A stretch of 64,000 bases of DNA from the human T2T-CHM13v2.0 reference genome, Homo sapiens. Positions 1 to 14,429 of the stretch are shown in pieces. The stretch lies in NCBI RefSeq assembly GCF_009914755.1, contig NC_060934.1. One strand, given 5' to 3'. Under the pieces are notes generated by a model. That model had not been told where the DNA came from. It searched no databases and worked only from the letters and a program-made list of their open reading frames with translations. Position 1 is the stretch's first letter; each line of letters begins with the position of its first letter. The position numbers were made by a program, and so were the translations under genes.

Positions 1-3751
<3,751 letters not shown>

Positions 3752-3814
3752 TATGATGTTAGCTGGTTATTTTGCTCGTTAGTTGATGCAGTGTCTTCCT
3801 AGCCTTGATGGTCT

Positions 3815-4831
3815 TTACAATTTGGCATGTTTTTGCAGTGGCTGGTACCGGTTGTTCCTTTCCATGTTTAGTGCTTCCTTAAGGAGCTCATTTAGGGCAG
3901 GCCTGATGGTGACAAAATCTCTCAGCATTTGCTTGTCTGTGGAGGATTTTATTTCTCCTTCACTTATGAAGCTTAGTTTGACTGGATATGAAATTCTGGG
4001 TTGAAAATTCTTTTCTTTAAGAATGTTGAATATTGGCCCCCACTCTCTTCTGGCTTATAGAGTTTCTGCCGAGAGATCCACTGTTAGTCTGATGGGCTTC
4101 CCTTTGTGGGTAACCCGACCTTTTTCTCTGGCTGCCCTTAACATTTTTTCCTTCATTTCAACTTTAGTGAATCTGACAATTATGTGTCTTGGAGTTGCTC
4201 TTCTCGAGGAGTATCTTTGTGGCATTCTCTGCATTTCCTGAATTTGAATGTTGGCCTGCCTTGCTAGATTGGGGAAGTTCTCCTGGATAATATCCTGCAG
4301 AGTGTTTTCCAACTCGGTTCCATTCTCCCCATCACTTTCAGGTACACCAATTAGACGTAGATTTGGTCTTTTCACATAGTCCCATATTTCTTGGAGGCTT
4401 TGTTCATTTCTTTTTATTCTTTTTTCTCTTAACTTCTCTTCATGCTTCATTTCATTCATTTCGTCTTCCATCACTGATACCCTTTCTTCCAGTTGATCGC
4501 ATCAGTTACTGAGGCTTGAGCGTTGGTCACGTAATTCTCATGCTGTGGTTTTCAGCTCCATCAGGTCCTTTAAGGACTTCTCTGCATTTGTTATTCTAGT
4601 TACCCATTCGTCTAATTTTTTTTCAAAGTTTTTAACTTCTTTGCCATTGGTTTGAACTTCCTCCTTTAGCTCGGAGTAGCTTGATCTTCTGAAGCCTTCT
4701 TCTTTCAACTCGTCAAAGTCATTCTCCATCCAGCTTTGTTCAGTTGCTAGTGAGGAGCTGCGTTCCTTTGGAGGAGGAGAGGCGCTCTGATTTTTAGAGT
4801 TTCTGGTTTTTCTGCTCTGTTTTTTCCCCAT
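3815..4831 (-). pseudogene. L1 ORF1p (RNA-binding chaperone), disrupted
   Basis: Starts MGKKQSRKT at 4831 and contains YVKRPNLRLIG and RHIIVRF motifs. Premature stops at 4538-4540 (TGA) and 4055-4057 (TAA); native TAA at 3815-3817. Confidence 0.93.
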
Positions 4832-5867
4832 CTTTGTGGTTTTATCTACCTTTGGTCTTTGATGATGGTGACGTACAGATGGGTTTTTGGTGTGGATATC
4901 CTTTCTGTTTGTTAGTTTTCCTTCTAACAGTCAGGACCCTCAAATGCAGGTCTGTTGGAGTTTGCTGGAGGTCCACTCCAGACCCTGTTTTCCTGGGTAT
5001 CAGCAGCGGTGGCTGCAGAACAGTGGATATTGGTGAACCGCAAATGCTGCTGGCTGATTGTTCCTCTGGAAGTTTTGTCTCAGAGGAGTACCTGGCCGTG
5101 TGAGGTGTCAGTCCGCCCCTACTGGGGGGTGCCTCCCAGTTAGGCTATTTGGGGGTCAGGAACCCACTTGAGGAGGCAGTCTGCCCGTTCTCAGATCTCA
5201 AGCTGTGTGCTGAGAGAACCACTACTCTCTTCAAAGCTGTCAGACAGGGACATTTAAGTCTGCAGAGGTTATTGCTGTCTTTTGTCTGTCTGTGCCCTGC
5301 CCCCAGAGGTGGAGCCTACAGAGGCAGGCAGTCCTCCTTGAGCTCTGGTGGGCTCCACCCCATTCGTTTACCTACTCCCAGGCTTTGTTTACACCCAGGC
5401 TTTGTTTGCCTACTCAAGCCTGAGCAATGGCGGGCGCCCCTCCCCCAGCCTCGTTGCCGCCTTGCAGTTTGATCTCAGACTGCTGTGCTAGCAATGAGCG
5501 AGGCTCCGTGGGCGTAGGACCCTCTGAGCCAGGTGCAGGATATAATCTCCTGGTGTGCCGTTTGATAAGCCTGTTGGAAAAGCGCAGTATTCGGGTGGGA
5601 GTGACCCGATTTTCCAGGTGCCGTCTGTCACCCCTTTCTTTGACTAGGAAAGGGAATTCCCTGACCCCTTGCGCTTCCCAGGGGAGGCGATGCCTCACCC
5701 TGCTTCGGCTCATGCACGGTGCGCTGCACCCACTGTCCTGCACCCACTGTCCGGCACTCCCCAGTGAGATGAACCCAGTACCTCAGTTGGAAATGCAGAA
5801 ATCACCCATCTTCTGCATCGCTCACGCTGGGAGCTGTAGACTGGAGCTGTTCCTATTCGGCCATCTT
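4832..5867. promoter_or_regulatory. L1 5'UTR: sense promoter (leftward) and antisense promoter (rightward), YY1 core, ZNF93-target segment
   Basis: YY1 core AAGATGGCC on the minus strand at 5859-5867; SOX-type AAACAAAG motifs near 5382-5407; GC-rich cagcagcggtggctgc at 5001-5016 inside the 129-bp segment. Confidence 0.8.
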
Positions 5868-5885
5868 CAGGGGTTTGATTTCTAA
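5427..5885 (+). CDS. L1 antisense ORF0, extended 152-codon form ending in flanking DNA
   Basis: MAGAPPPASLPPCSLISDCCASN... is the primate L1 ORF0 N-terminus, with strong Kozak context gcaATGG. Splice donors CAG/GT after 5532 and 5617. Open to TAA at 5883-5885. Translation is not demonstrated. Confidence 0.6.
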   Translation: MAGAPPPASLPPCSLISDCCASNERGSVGVGPSEPGAGYNLLVCRLISLLEKRSIRVGVTRFSRCRLSPLSLTRKGNSLTPCASQGRRCLTLLRLMHGALHPLSCTHCPALPSEMNPVPQLEMQKSPIFCIAHAGSCRLELFLFGHLQGFDF

Positions 5886-6834
5886 CACATACGGGAAAAG
5901 GGGACTGACAGTGAATTTGAGCAGCTATTTAATAGTGTCTCCCAGCCCACAGCTCCAGGATTGGGGAAAGAAGTGTAAGCAGACAGTCTGGCTTCTCTCA
6001 TTGTGCAGTTAGCAGTCAGTACTCTCAGCCACTTAGCTGGCATGACCTGGTTACATCTGGGTTTTGATGCTGTCAGTAAATGGATAGGCTGCCCTCCTCT
6101 CTCCCTAAACTTAAAAGAACTGACTCCCTCCCCTGCCCCAGCTGCCCAAAAACTAAGATGAAGAAAGGGAACTAACTTGTTGCATTTATTGTGCCCCTAC
6201 TGTTTGCTGGGTGTCTCCTGTGTGCCTCCTCCTCACATAGATGCTGTGTGGTATGTGAAGTGTGCATTCTCTCAGCCTTTCTCCACATGTGGGAAATGAG
6301 ACCCAGAGAGAAGTGGCCTGCCTGAAACAGCACAGCTTGTAAGTCACCAAGCCAGGACTCAAGGCCAGCCTGAGGCCATCCCCTGTGCTTTCTTTTAAAA
6401 GAGAGCACAGCACCAGGTTTGGGATAATGTAGGAAAAATGGATTCAAGCTCTGACTCCAACAGGCTCAGAGTGGTGCAGCCAGAAATCCACAAATCTTAG
6501 GCCAGAATCCTCTCCTGCTGGTCTCCTGATCCTTGTTCATTCCACCACATCCAGGACAGGTCATTCTTGGGAATGTGATATGGGAGGAATGGAAAGGAAG
6601 GGGCAGGAAGTAGAAAATCCTGGGGAAAGAGGACTCTACCATTTAGTATAATTTGGAGGTATGAACTAGCTGCAGGACTTTGAGGGCCCTTCAGCACTCT
6701 GACCCCACACAGCACCCTTCACTCTCCAACACAGGAATCCCTCAGAGGCTCCTGGAGGCCGTTTGTGCCAAGGTGGTTCCTGAAACTGCTTCTGGAGAGA
6801 CAAGAGTGCAGAGAGTTGGAATCAGAGTGGATTC

Positions 6835-6990
6835 CCTGAGCTGGAATCCTGACTAGCTGTGTGACCTTGGGCAAGCCATGCAACTTCTCTGTGCCTACTT
6901 TGTCCATCCGTGAAATGAAGAAGAAGTCCTATTGCCTCATAGGTCTGCTGTCCCATGGGAGGTAATGCATTCGTGGCATGTCTGCTTTCT
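6835..6990 (+). mobile_element. MIR SINE
   Basis: actagctgtgtgaccttgggcaag...ctctgtgcct...catccgtgaaatg core. Confidence 0.75.
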
Positions 6991-7620
6991 CAGTACAGGT
7001 GAGCCATTGCAGTGAACCCTGGTGAGTAAGAACTCCCCCGGTGAATTGGGGAACAGTTCATTCACTGCTGGCTCTTGCTGGAGGTTAAGACACCACTGGT
7101 CTCCACAGGTGGCCAGGTCCACATATCCAGGCACCCTCAAGTGACCATCCTAGGGCTCTTACTACTCTGCTGCCCACAAAACCCTATGGCCATTACTTGC
7201 CTAGGGAGTCCCACCCCACCTGGGTTTTCTGGTCATGACCAACCAGCACCCTACTACCCACTTGCTTTAGCCTGAGTCTAAGGACAGTGGCCTAGGCCCT
7301 GAGGCCTTTGGGCACAAAAATCAGAAGAGTATAGACATCCCGTGAGCTTCAGGACATGTGTATATTGCCAGCAACTGTGCCTGCCCATCCACTGGGGTCT
7401 TTTTAGGAAATCCAGGATTCTCAAAGAAGATAAGCCCTTAATAAAGGAAGACAGGTGGAATCTCAATCTCTGAACAGCCTGTGGAAGCAAGAAATTGCCC
7501 ATGATGGGAATAGTCAAGATACATCAAATGGGGGAAACTTTCCAGGTTGGTAAATCCCACACTTTGCACAAACTAAAATACAGAATGTTGATTCTTTGAA
7601 ACAGACCAGGTGTTGAGACG

Positions 7621-7641
7621 GAGAGAGAGAGAGAGAGAGAG
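7621..7641. repeat. (GA)10 microsatellite
   Basis: Directly visible. Confidence 0.95.
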
Positions 7642-8939
7642 GAGATCCAAGGTCAAAACAAGTTTGAACAGATTCCCTGCTTTCTCAGGGTCTTTACTAT
7701 GCTAACATGCCATGACTGTTCAATGCTGTGGAGCTAGGGGGTGGGAGGGGGTGTGTCAGTGCAGCAACCCCTTTAGGGGGCCATCTCTCCACACTAGAGT
7801 TTGGGGGACACTGATGTCTCATCAGCCTCCAGTCATCAGCCGGCTGGTTGCTGAGTGAGACTAATGAAGGCATGCTCGTTCTCTGCCTTCGTTTGCCTCT
7901 CTGGATAATGGGGGTGGTCTTCATGGTGGCCAAATTGAGCCCAGGAGCCTGAAGCAGAGCCCTTAATGAGTACTGCTTGGTGATGAAAGGCCCCCTTAAG
8001 CTCCAGCCACCATTATTGCATGATGGAATAAATGTGACCAGCCTAGGAGACGCGTACGAATAAATTTGAATAGCAAGACACAAATGCCACCCTTAACTCC
8101 AACGAGAAAATAGAGTTTAATAAAGAGGTAAACTGAGACCGCTTTTATTTATTGCTGTGTAAATGTATTTAAAAAGGTATTGGCTTTCTGCAGCTGCAGA
8201 GGCCAGTTCCTCTGCAGCCTGGTGCTTTAATGCCTGCCGCTGTTATTAGAGCCGTAATAAATGAGCTGCTGTGAGTGCGCTCTTCAGAAGGACTGCAGAG
8301 GTACAAGATTAATGAGATGAGAGCATTGAAAGGTACAGACGGCCCCTATTTCCCAGTCGCCGTGTGATGTCTGCAGCAGCACCTCTGGCTTTGTTTGCGC
8401 TACAGTGGCTGGGAGGCTGCTGCATGGAAACGTCCAGGGAACCTGGCACAGGGCTGGGAAGGCATACACCTCCCGCCAGCTTTCATCCCTGAGCCCTCTA
8501 CCTTCTCCCTGTTGGAGGGGGCCCCTTTGCCTGCCCCCCAGGGCAAGCTTTCCCTGCAGCTGCCTTCCCATTCTGGCTTGGATTTGGTCCTGGAGCCCCC
8601 TACTTCTGTTGGGGTTTTATTTCAACCCCATTACCACCCCACACAGCCTTCTTTGGGGATGTTGTGGAATCCTCTGATTGGATCCCCAAACCCAGCAGCC
8701 ACTTCCAGGATGGGAAATCAACTGTGCTATAGGACAGCTTCTAGGGAAAAGGCATGGCACTTTTCTTTGCCTGCTAAATACCCGTGGGGCTGTAGCGCAG
8801 GGTGACTGCCTAGTAAAGCAAAACGAATCCTGGAGGGTGATAAAGTGTCAATTGGTGAGTTGGAGTTCCCTGAGTCAGGAATTTATAAATTATTTACAGA
8901 AAGATTATTTGTAAGCAGGAACAAATCAACTGTGCTGTT

Positions 8940-9050
8940 TCACAACTACCTTGGAGGTAGATATTAACCCCATTTTATAGATATGGATACAGAGGCTCAA
9001 AGGGTAAAACAATATGCCCCATGTCACATGGTCAGGAAGTGCCAGATGAG
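8940..9050 (-). mobile_element. MIR SINE
   Basis: cccattttatagat...acagaggctcaaagggtaaa...gtcacatggtcaggaagt. Confidence 0.7.
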
Positions 9051-9294
9051 AGATCCTCCTGTGAAAATCCACTCTTCAGTGGGATTGAAGTCTCTCCTCG
9101 GGTGTCAAATGTGATGATGCTCTCTTGGCCGACAAGCAGGGCCTTTGTGCTTATGACTCACACTTCAGACATGGCCTAGGTTGGTTGCAAAAAACTGGGT
9201 GCTTGCTAAGAAACAGAGATCACCACCCACTAGGGAGAGAGGGTATAAATAGTGCAGGTGGTGGGGTCTAGCAGAAAGGGCGCAGGAAGGTAGA

Positions 9295-9616
9295 GGCTGT
9301 GTGACCCGGGTGAGTCATTTTACCTCTCTGAGCTTCAGTTTGCTCTTCTATCAAATAAGGATAAAAATAGTACCTATTTTTACCTCTAGAAGGCCTCGTA
9401 GACCCCCCACACACACACCAAATCCAGGGGTCACAGAGGCATAAGTGGAAGCTGACCCAGCTGATGCCTAGGTTGGAGCCCACTCCCAGCCCTCCCGGCC
9501 CCACATGAGGGCTAATTAGCACATCTAACTTCATTGCATTTTTTTGTGAGCAGCAAATCAGATAATGCATGTAAAATACTTTAAGAGTACATGAGAAGTT
9601 CAATATGCTCAATAAA
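9295..9616 (+). mobile_element. MIR SINE split by a ~150-bp insertion
   Basis: 5' part gctgtgtgacc...ctctctgagcttcagttt...aatagtaccta (9295-9376); 3' part gtgag...aaatcagataatgcatgtaaa...gctcaataaa (~9530-9616). Confidence 0.7.
9422..9531 (+). repeat. Local direct repeat, copy A (partner 10680-10792)
   Basis: atccaggggtcacagaggca..aagtggaagctgacccagctgatgcctag...ttagcac; 8 mismatches over the first 101 nt by manual alignment. Confidence 0.95.
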
Positions 9617-9954
9617 AAAGAAATCTGGGTTTGTTCTCTGGGTCAACATGCAGCAAGAACCTTCAACACATGTTTGGAGTACAAAGGAAAAAGCGTTCAG
9701 CTCCTTTTGCCAGCCTAAGATGGACTTGAGAATAGGCTGTTTTGGAGATGGGCTGGGAAGTGGAGTAGCTTCTAAGTCCCTGGTTTCTGTCGGGTTCAGG
9801 AGATACAGCAGTGCCTGAAACAGCCCCAGCATTTGCCTTCCTGAAGCTCACTCTCTAGTAGCACGCACAGTGGGTGTGGGTCAGGGTCAGGGTCAGGTGG
9901 TGACAAGGGCTGCAGAGTAAGAGGATGTGGAAGGGCAGGAACCGGGGGCAGGGT

Positions 9955-10270
9955 GCCACTTTAAACGATGTGGTCAAGCACGGCCTCACGGAGGTGACAT
10001 TTCAGGGATGACCTAGCAAGTTGGGAAGTGAAGCATGTGGACAGCCGGGTGGAGAACTTTCCAGGCATTAAGAAGAGCAAGTGCAAAGGCCCTGCTCTGG
10101 GGGTGTGCCTGGAGCATTTGAGGGCAGCCAGTGTGGCTGGAGCAAGTGGACAAACAGGGACACCACCAGAGGCAACTCGGAGCAGCCAGGAAGCCAAAGC
10201 CATTAGGCCTTGCAGAGCCCCATCCTGCAGGTACACGGACCCCTCTTCCCTGCAGTGGGAGCTAATGGAG
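9955..10270 (-). mobile_element. L2 LINE fragment
   Basis: ggaggtgacatttc...tttccaggca...agcaagtgcaaaggccctg...gccagtgtggctggagca, typical antisense L2. Confidence 0.75.
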
Positions 10271-10679
10271 AGTGTGGAAACTTCTCGGATCCACTGGTGG
10301 GTAGGCCAAGGTGCGGGACCAGGGCAAGCTCAGGAAACAATGACCAGTGCTGTTGGATCAGCAAAGAGGGCACAGCAGAGAACTAGTGGAAGTTGATGCT
10401 AGACAGGCTGGCCACAGAGAAGAAGCCTTAGCACCAGGCTGAGAAATTCCTGCTGAATCCTGTAGGCCATATGTTGTCTCAAATGCTTCTGCCCATGGAA
10501 GGTTTGGGTGTTGTCAGAGGAAAGGACAGAAGTTCGGGGTCAACATAGACTCTCTGGAGAGAGACAGGAGGGTCTGGACTGGAGCGAGGCGGCAGTGCCT
10601 GGGGAGAAGAGCATGCCAGGGTTGTGGAATTGTGCCAGTTTGGTTGTCAGAGACTGGAGATGGAGGAAGGGAAAGGAGG

Positions 10680-10792
10680 ATCCAGGGGTCACAGAGGCAA
10701 AAGTGGAAGCTGACCCAGCTGATGCCTAGACTGGAGTCCACCCCCAGCCCTCTCGGCCCCACATTAGGGCTCATTAGCACTTCTTCTAACTT
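10680..10792 (+). repeat. Local direct repeat, copy B (partner 9422-9531)
   Basis: Same sequence, 1258 bp downstream. Confidence 0.95.
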
Positions 10793-11254
10793 ACCAAGAA
10801 ATTCAATGTCCTACAAAATAACCAGCCGAGCCCCAAGGGAGCCAGAAGGCCTATTCATCACAGCTGGGGTTTCCAAGGACCTCACTGTCTGTCCCATGGA
10901 TTTCATCCTGTGAAGAAGCTGGCCCACCATGGGAAGAGAGACTAATTGGTATCTCCATAGCTTGGACTATTTTTTCCACTGGATCTGCAGTTTCTGGGTA
11001 AACAGTCATCAAATCAGCATTCAGCATGAGCTGAAGGAAAGTTTGCACACTTGCCATGTGGCCTAAATTAAGTGAGTGGTGCAGTCAGTAAAGCATGTGT
11101 GCTAAAAAATAAACATTTAAGATGTCAGGGTTGAAGATACTCTTGTAGCCTTTTAAGGAAGGAGATGTCAATTTCTTCTTTTAAAATTCCAAATAAAAAT
11201 GTCACTAACAATATTTCTGATATCACTTCACAAGTGTCAGCCCATGCAAGCAAT

Positions 11255-11690
11255 AGTGTGTGTGCATACATACAAGGGTGTGTGTGTGAGAGAGAGAGAA
11301 TGAAAAGGCATGTACATACACATGCACAATAGATATGTGGATTTCTGTACGTTTGTGATTGTGACAGTGAGTTAGTGGGTATGTGAGTGCATGTGCATGT
11401 GTGTGTGTATGAATGTGAATGTGAGCATTTGAGTGTGTGCCTGTTTATGTATTGTGTGTGAAGGTGTGAGTGTGTGCATGTGCACATGGGTGTGTGTATG
11501 AGTGGGTGTAAGTGTGGACGTGCACGCGTGGGTATATTGTGTGTGTGAAGGTGTGTGTACACATGCACATGTGCATTGTGTAGATGTGTGAGGGTGTGTG
11601 TGTGAGGGCAGGGGTGCACACCTGTGTCCCTGAGAGTGTGTGCACGCCCATGTGTGCATGTGTGCCACTCAGGACAGCATGCACACATGG
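11255..11690. repeat. Degenerate (TG)n / TGCA low-complexity tract
   Basis: ~430 bp rich in alternating purine-pyrimidine. Confidence 0.9.
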
Positions 11691-12174
11691 CTGCTCTGTC
11701 TCCTAGCAGCCTGCCTATCAGCTCCTCCCTGCATTCTTCCACGGCAGGCCCCAAGGCTGTGGCCAAGAAAGCAATCAGGCATCCCATTTGTATCTTGCCT
11801 GTCATCCACCCAAACAGCGGGCAGGCAGGGGCAAAGGGAAGGTGCCAGCCCTGCTCCTCAGATGCCCAGGCCTCCCCTACAATGGAGGAGGACTTGGCCA
11901 GACTGGGGGGCTGGCCCCACACTTCTACTGCACTCCCAATTACTGGCACCTTCTGAGTGGCTTATGGAAAAGGCACTGGTTGCCATGAGGAAGATATTCC
12001 ACTGGAGCATTCCCATTCTCCACAAAAAGAACCTTCAGCATATTATACACATTTCTCAATGTGATTATCCCCAGCCCACACACACAGCTTGGAGGATTAA
12101 AACATAAAATACAGTCTGCTCCCCACACATGAGACCAACACTACAACTGGCATCATAATAAATAAATGAAGTGG

Positions 12175-12288
12175 CCTCTCCTCCTCCTTTCCCTCTCCTC
12201 TCCTTCCTCCTCCTCCCCCATTCCCTCCTCCTCTCCTCTCCTCTCCCTCCTCCCTGGTTCTCCCTCCTCCCCTCTCCCCTCCACCTCT
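12175..12288. repeat. Polypyrimidine (CCT/CT) tract
   Basis: ~114 nt almost entirely C/T. Confidence 0.9.
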
Positions 12289-12339
12289 GCCTGGTGCTGG
12301 GCTTGTTTTGCTTCTTGTCTTCTGGATCCCATCAATCCC

Positions 12340-12700
12340 CTCCTGCCCCTCCCCACACAGCCCACGGCGGGCAGCATCACCGCAAGGAACGTCACCCCAT
12401 GCTGCTGCTGCCACCATGGAATGAGGGCTTTGTTCAACAAGCCACCCAGGGTTCTGTTTGCTGCCTCTGCCGCAGAGGGTTCACTACACTAAATGCTGGC
12501 AGAAGGGCGGAGTGAGGGCGGGAGGAGGGAGGAAGGAAGATTTTATAAGCAAATGGCTTCATGGATCATTGAAGGGACATTAGGAAGCATCCCGGAGCAC
12601 CTAAAACCAAACGCCTCAGTGCAAATGGATGGAAGGGCGTCAGCTGTGGAAACTGGAGCTATTGCGAGCAGCTTGGGTTGCTAGGGAACAGCCCTGAGAA
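12340..12700. promoter_or_regulatory. Candidate promoter/enhancer
   Basis: Repeat-free with locally more CpG; GC boxes at 12505-12510 and 12516-12521, TATAAAA on the minus strand at 12541-12547, RFX-like GTTGCTAGGGAAC at 12677-12689. Confidence 0.4.
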
Positions 12701-13169
12701 CGTTTTGTCTTCAGGCTGCAGATCCTGGATCCTCCTGGGATTTCCAGTTCTAGAGCCACTGCCAGCCAGTGGTGCCAGCATCAGCAGGCGATGGGGCTAG
12801 GAAATCTGTGCAGTCCCAGGAGGCTGTGGGCCAGGCAGAGGGGCCCCAGGCTGCCTCTGAGATTGAGTGTGCATTAGGGGATAGGTTTGGGGAGCAGCCC
12901 ATGCTGGTGATTTTCTTTAAACAAAAATGCTGGTGCCCAGCTTGGTACAGAAAGCCTGGGAGACAGGGGTTTCAACTTCCTGATAACAGTGCTCCAATTC
13001 GGAGCCCAGATCTGGTTAGTTCTGAGCTCAGCAACCCTGCCTGTGCACACTGTCCCCTCACATTCCTTCCTCTGGGCTTTCTCTCCACCAGCCCAGCCCC
13101 AGGACCATTCTCTTAAGAGCTCTTGTCAGCCCAACCGACTTGACCTCAGCTCTTTGGGGAGCAGGGGAC

Positions 13170-13468
<299 letters not shown>

Positions 13469-13714
13469 ATGGCACCTTTGATGGTACTTATACGCCAGTT
13501 AAATAATAAGTGATGTGCAGTGGTTCTTGTCTGTACACATTAATTAGGCTGTGTGGGGAGGGACAAGGGCTGGTTCTGTTCTCATTGTTTCACTAGCTAT
13601 GGATAGTTCTAGGTTTTGGCTCACAGTCCAGTTTTTGTTAAGGTGCTGATGGAACACTTGCCAATGGCCCGGTTCAGTGCTGAATAGGAAGAAGAGCTGG
13701 CCAACTTGAGTTAT

Positions 13715-13840
13715 TACATCTCTGCCACTCAAGGTGATGTCAGGTAAGCTGTTGACTCCAGCTGATCCTCAGTTTTTCTATCTGTAAAATGGGCTCATGA
13801 TTAGCTAAAATAGCGTGCAGAAAGTACAGAGCACAGTAGA
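13715..13840 (+). mobile_element. MIR SINE
   Basis: cctcagtttttctatctgtaaaatggg. Confidence 0.65.
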
Positions 13841-14429
13841 TATTCCCACCCTTTGCAGCCTGGGCCCCAGGGCTGTTTAGAAACCCCATGAGTGACGCTG
13901 ATATGTTTCATTCACCACTACCCTGCTCACCTATCTTCTGCCCCACCAGGCCCCACCCTCAAGCCTTCAAGCCCAGGAACCTGCCTAGACTGTCCATTCT
14001 GAACTTGGGCCAGATCTTAACCTGCTGGTAAAGCACTGGCTGAGGGTTTAGACTTTCAAGGAATTTGAGGTTGTTTTCCCTGCCTTATTGCAACCCAGTG
14101 TCTGGCTGCTGAGACCAGAGGCTTGGGCCACCCAAGGGATGCCTTGCCTAACAGTGCTGGCCTGAGATTTTGTTATGTACACTTGCTTTTGTGGCAGTGG
14201 CACCAAAGCTATGCTGGACACAATTTCCCCTCCAGCACTGTCCAGAAGACCAGAATGCAGAGTCATTTTTTCAGCTCCTTTTTGCAATCTCTGTAGTCTT
14301 TTTTGTATGAGAGGAAGGGACATAGGAAAGCAAATTATCAGCTAGGTACCTACTGTGCTCCTGGCTCAGGGCCTGGCACGTAGAGCTGCCCCAAAATATT
14401 GATTAAGAAAAGAGTAGACACCTTTAGGC

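Noticed and set aside
9422-10792. Direct repeats as LTRs of a small novel retroelement
   Set aside because: No TG..CA termini, PBS, PPT or TSD, and the interior contains the 3' half of the MIR interrupted by copy A.
11125-11949. 274-aa His/Thr-rich ORF (and similar ORFs at 25066-25818)
   Set aside because: Artefacts of stop-poor TG/CA low-complexity tracts.
12410-12424. Perfect Kozak GCCACCATGG
   Set aside because: Followed at once by GAA TGA (Met-Glu-stop), so there is no CDS; at most a minimal uORF, with no evidence of a transcript.
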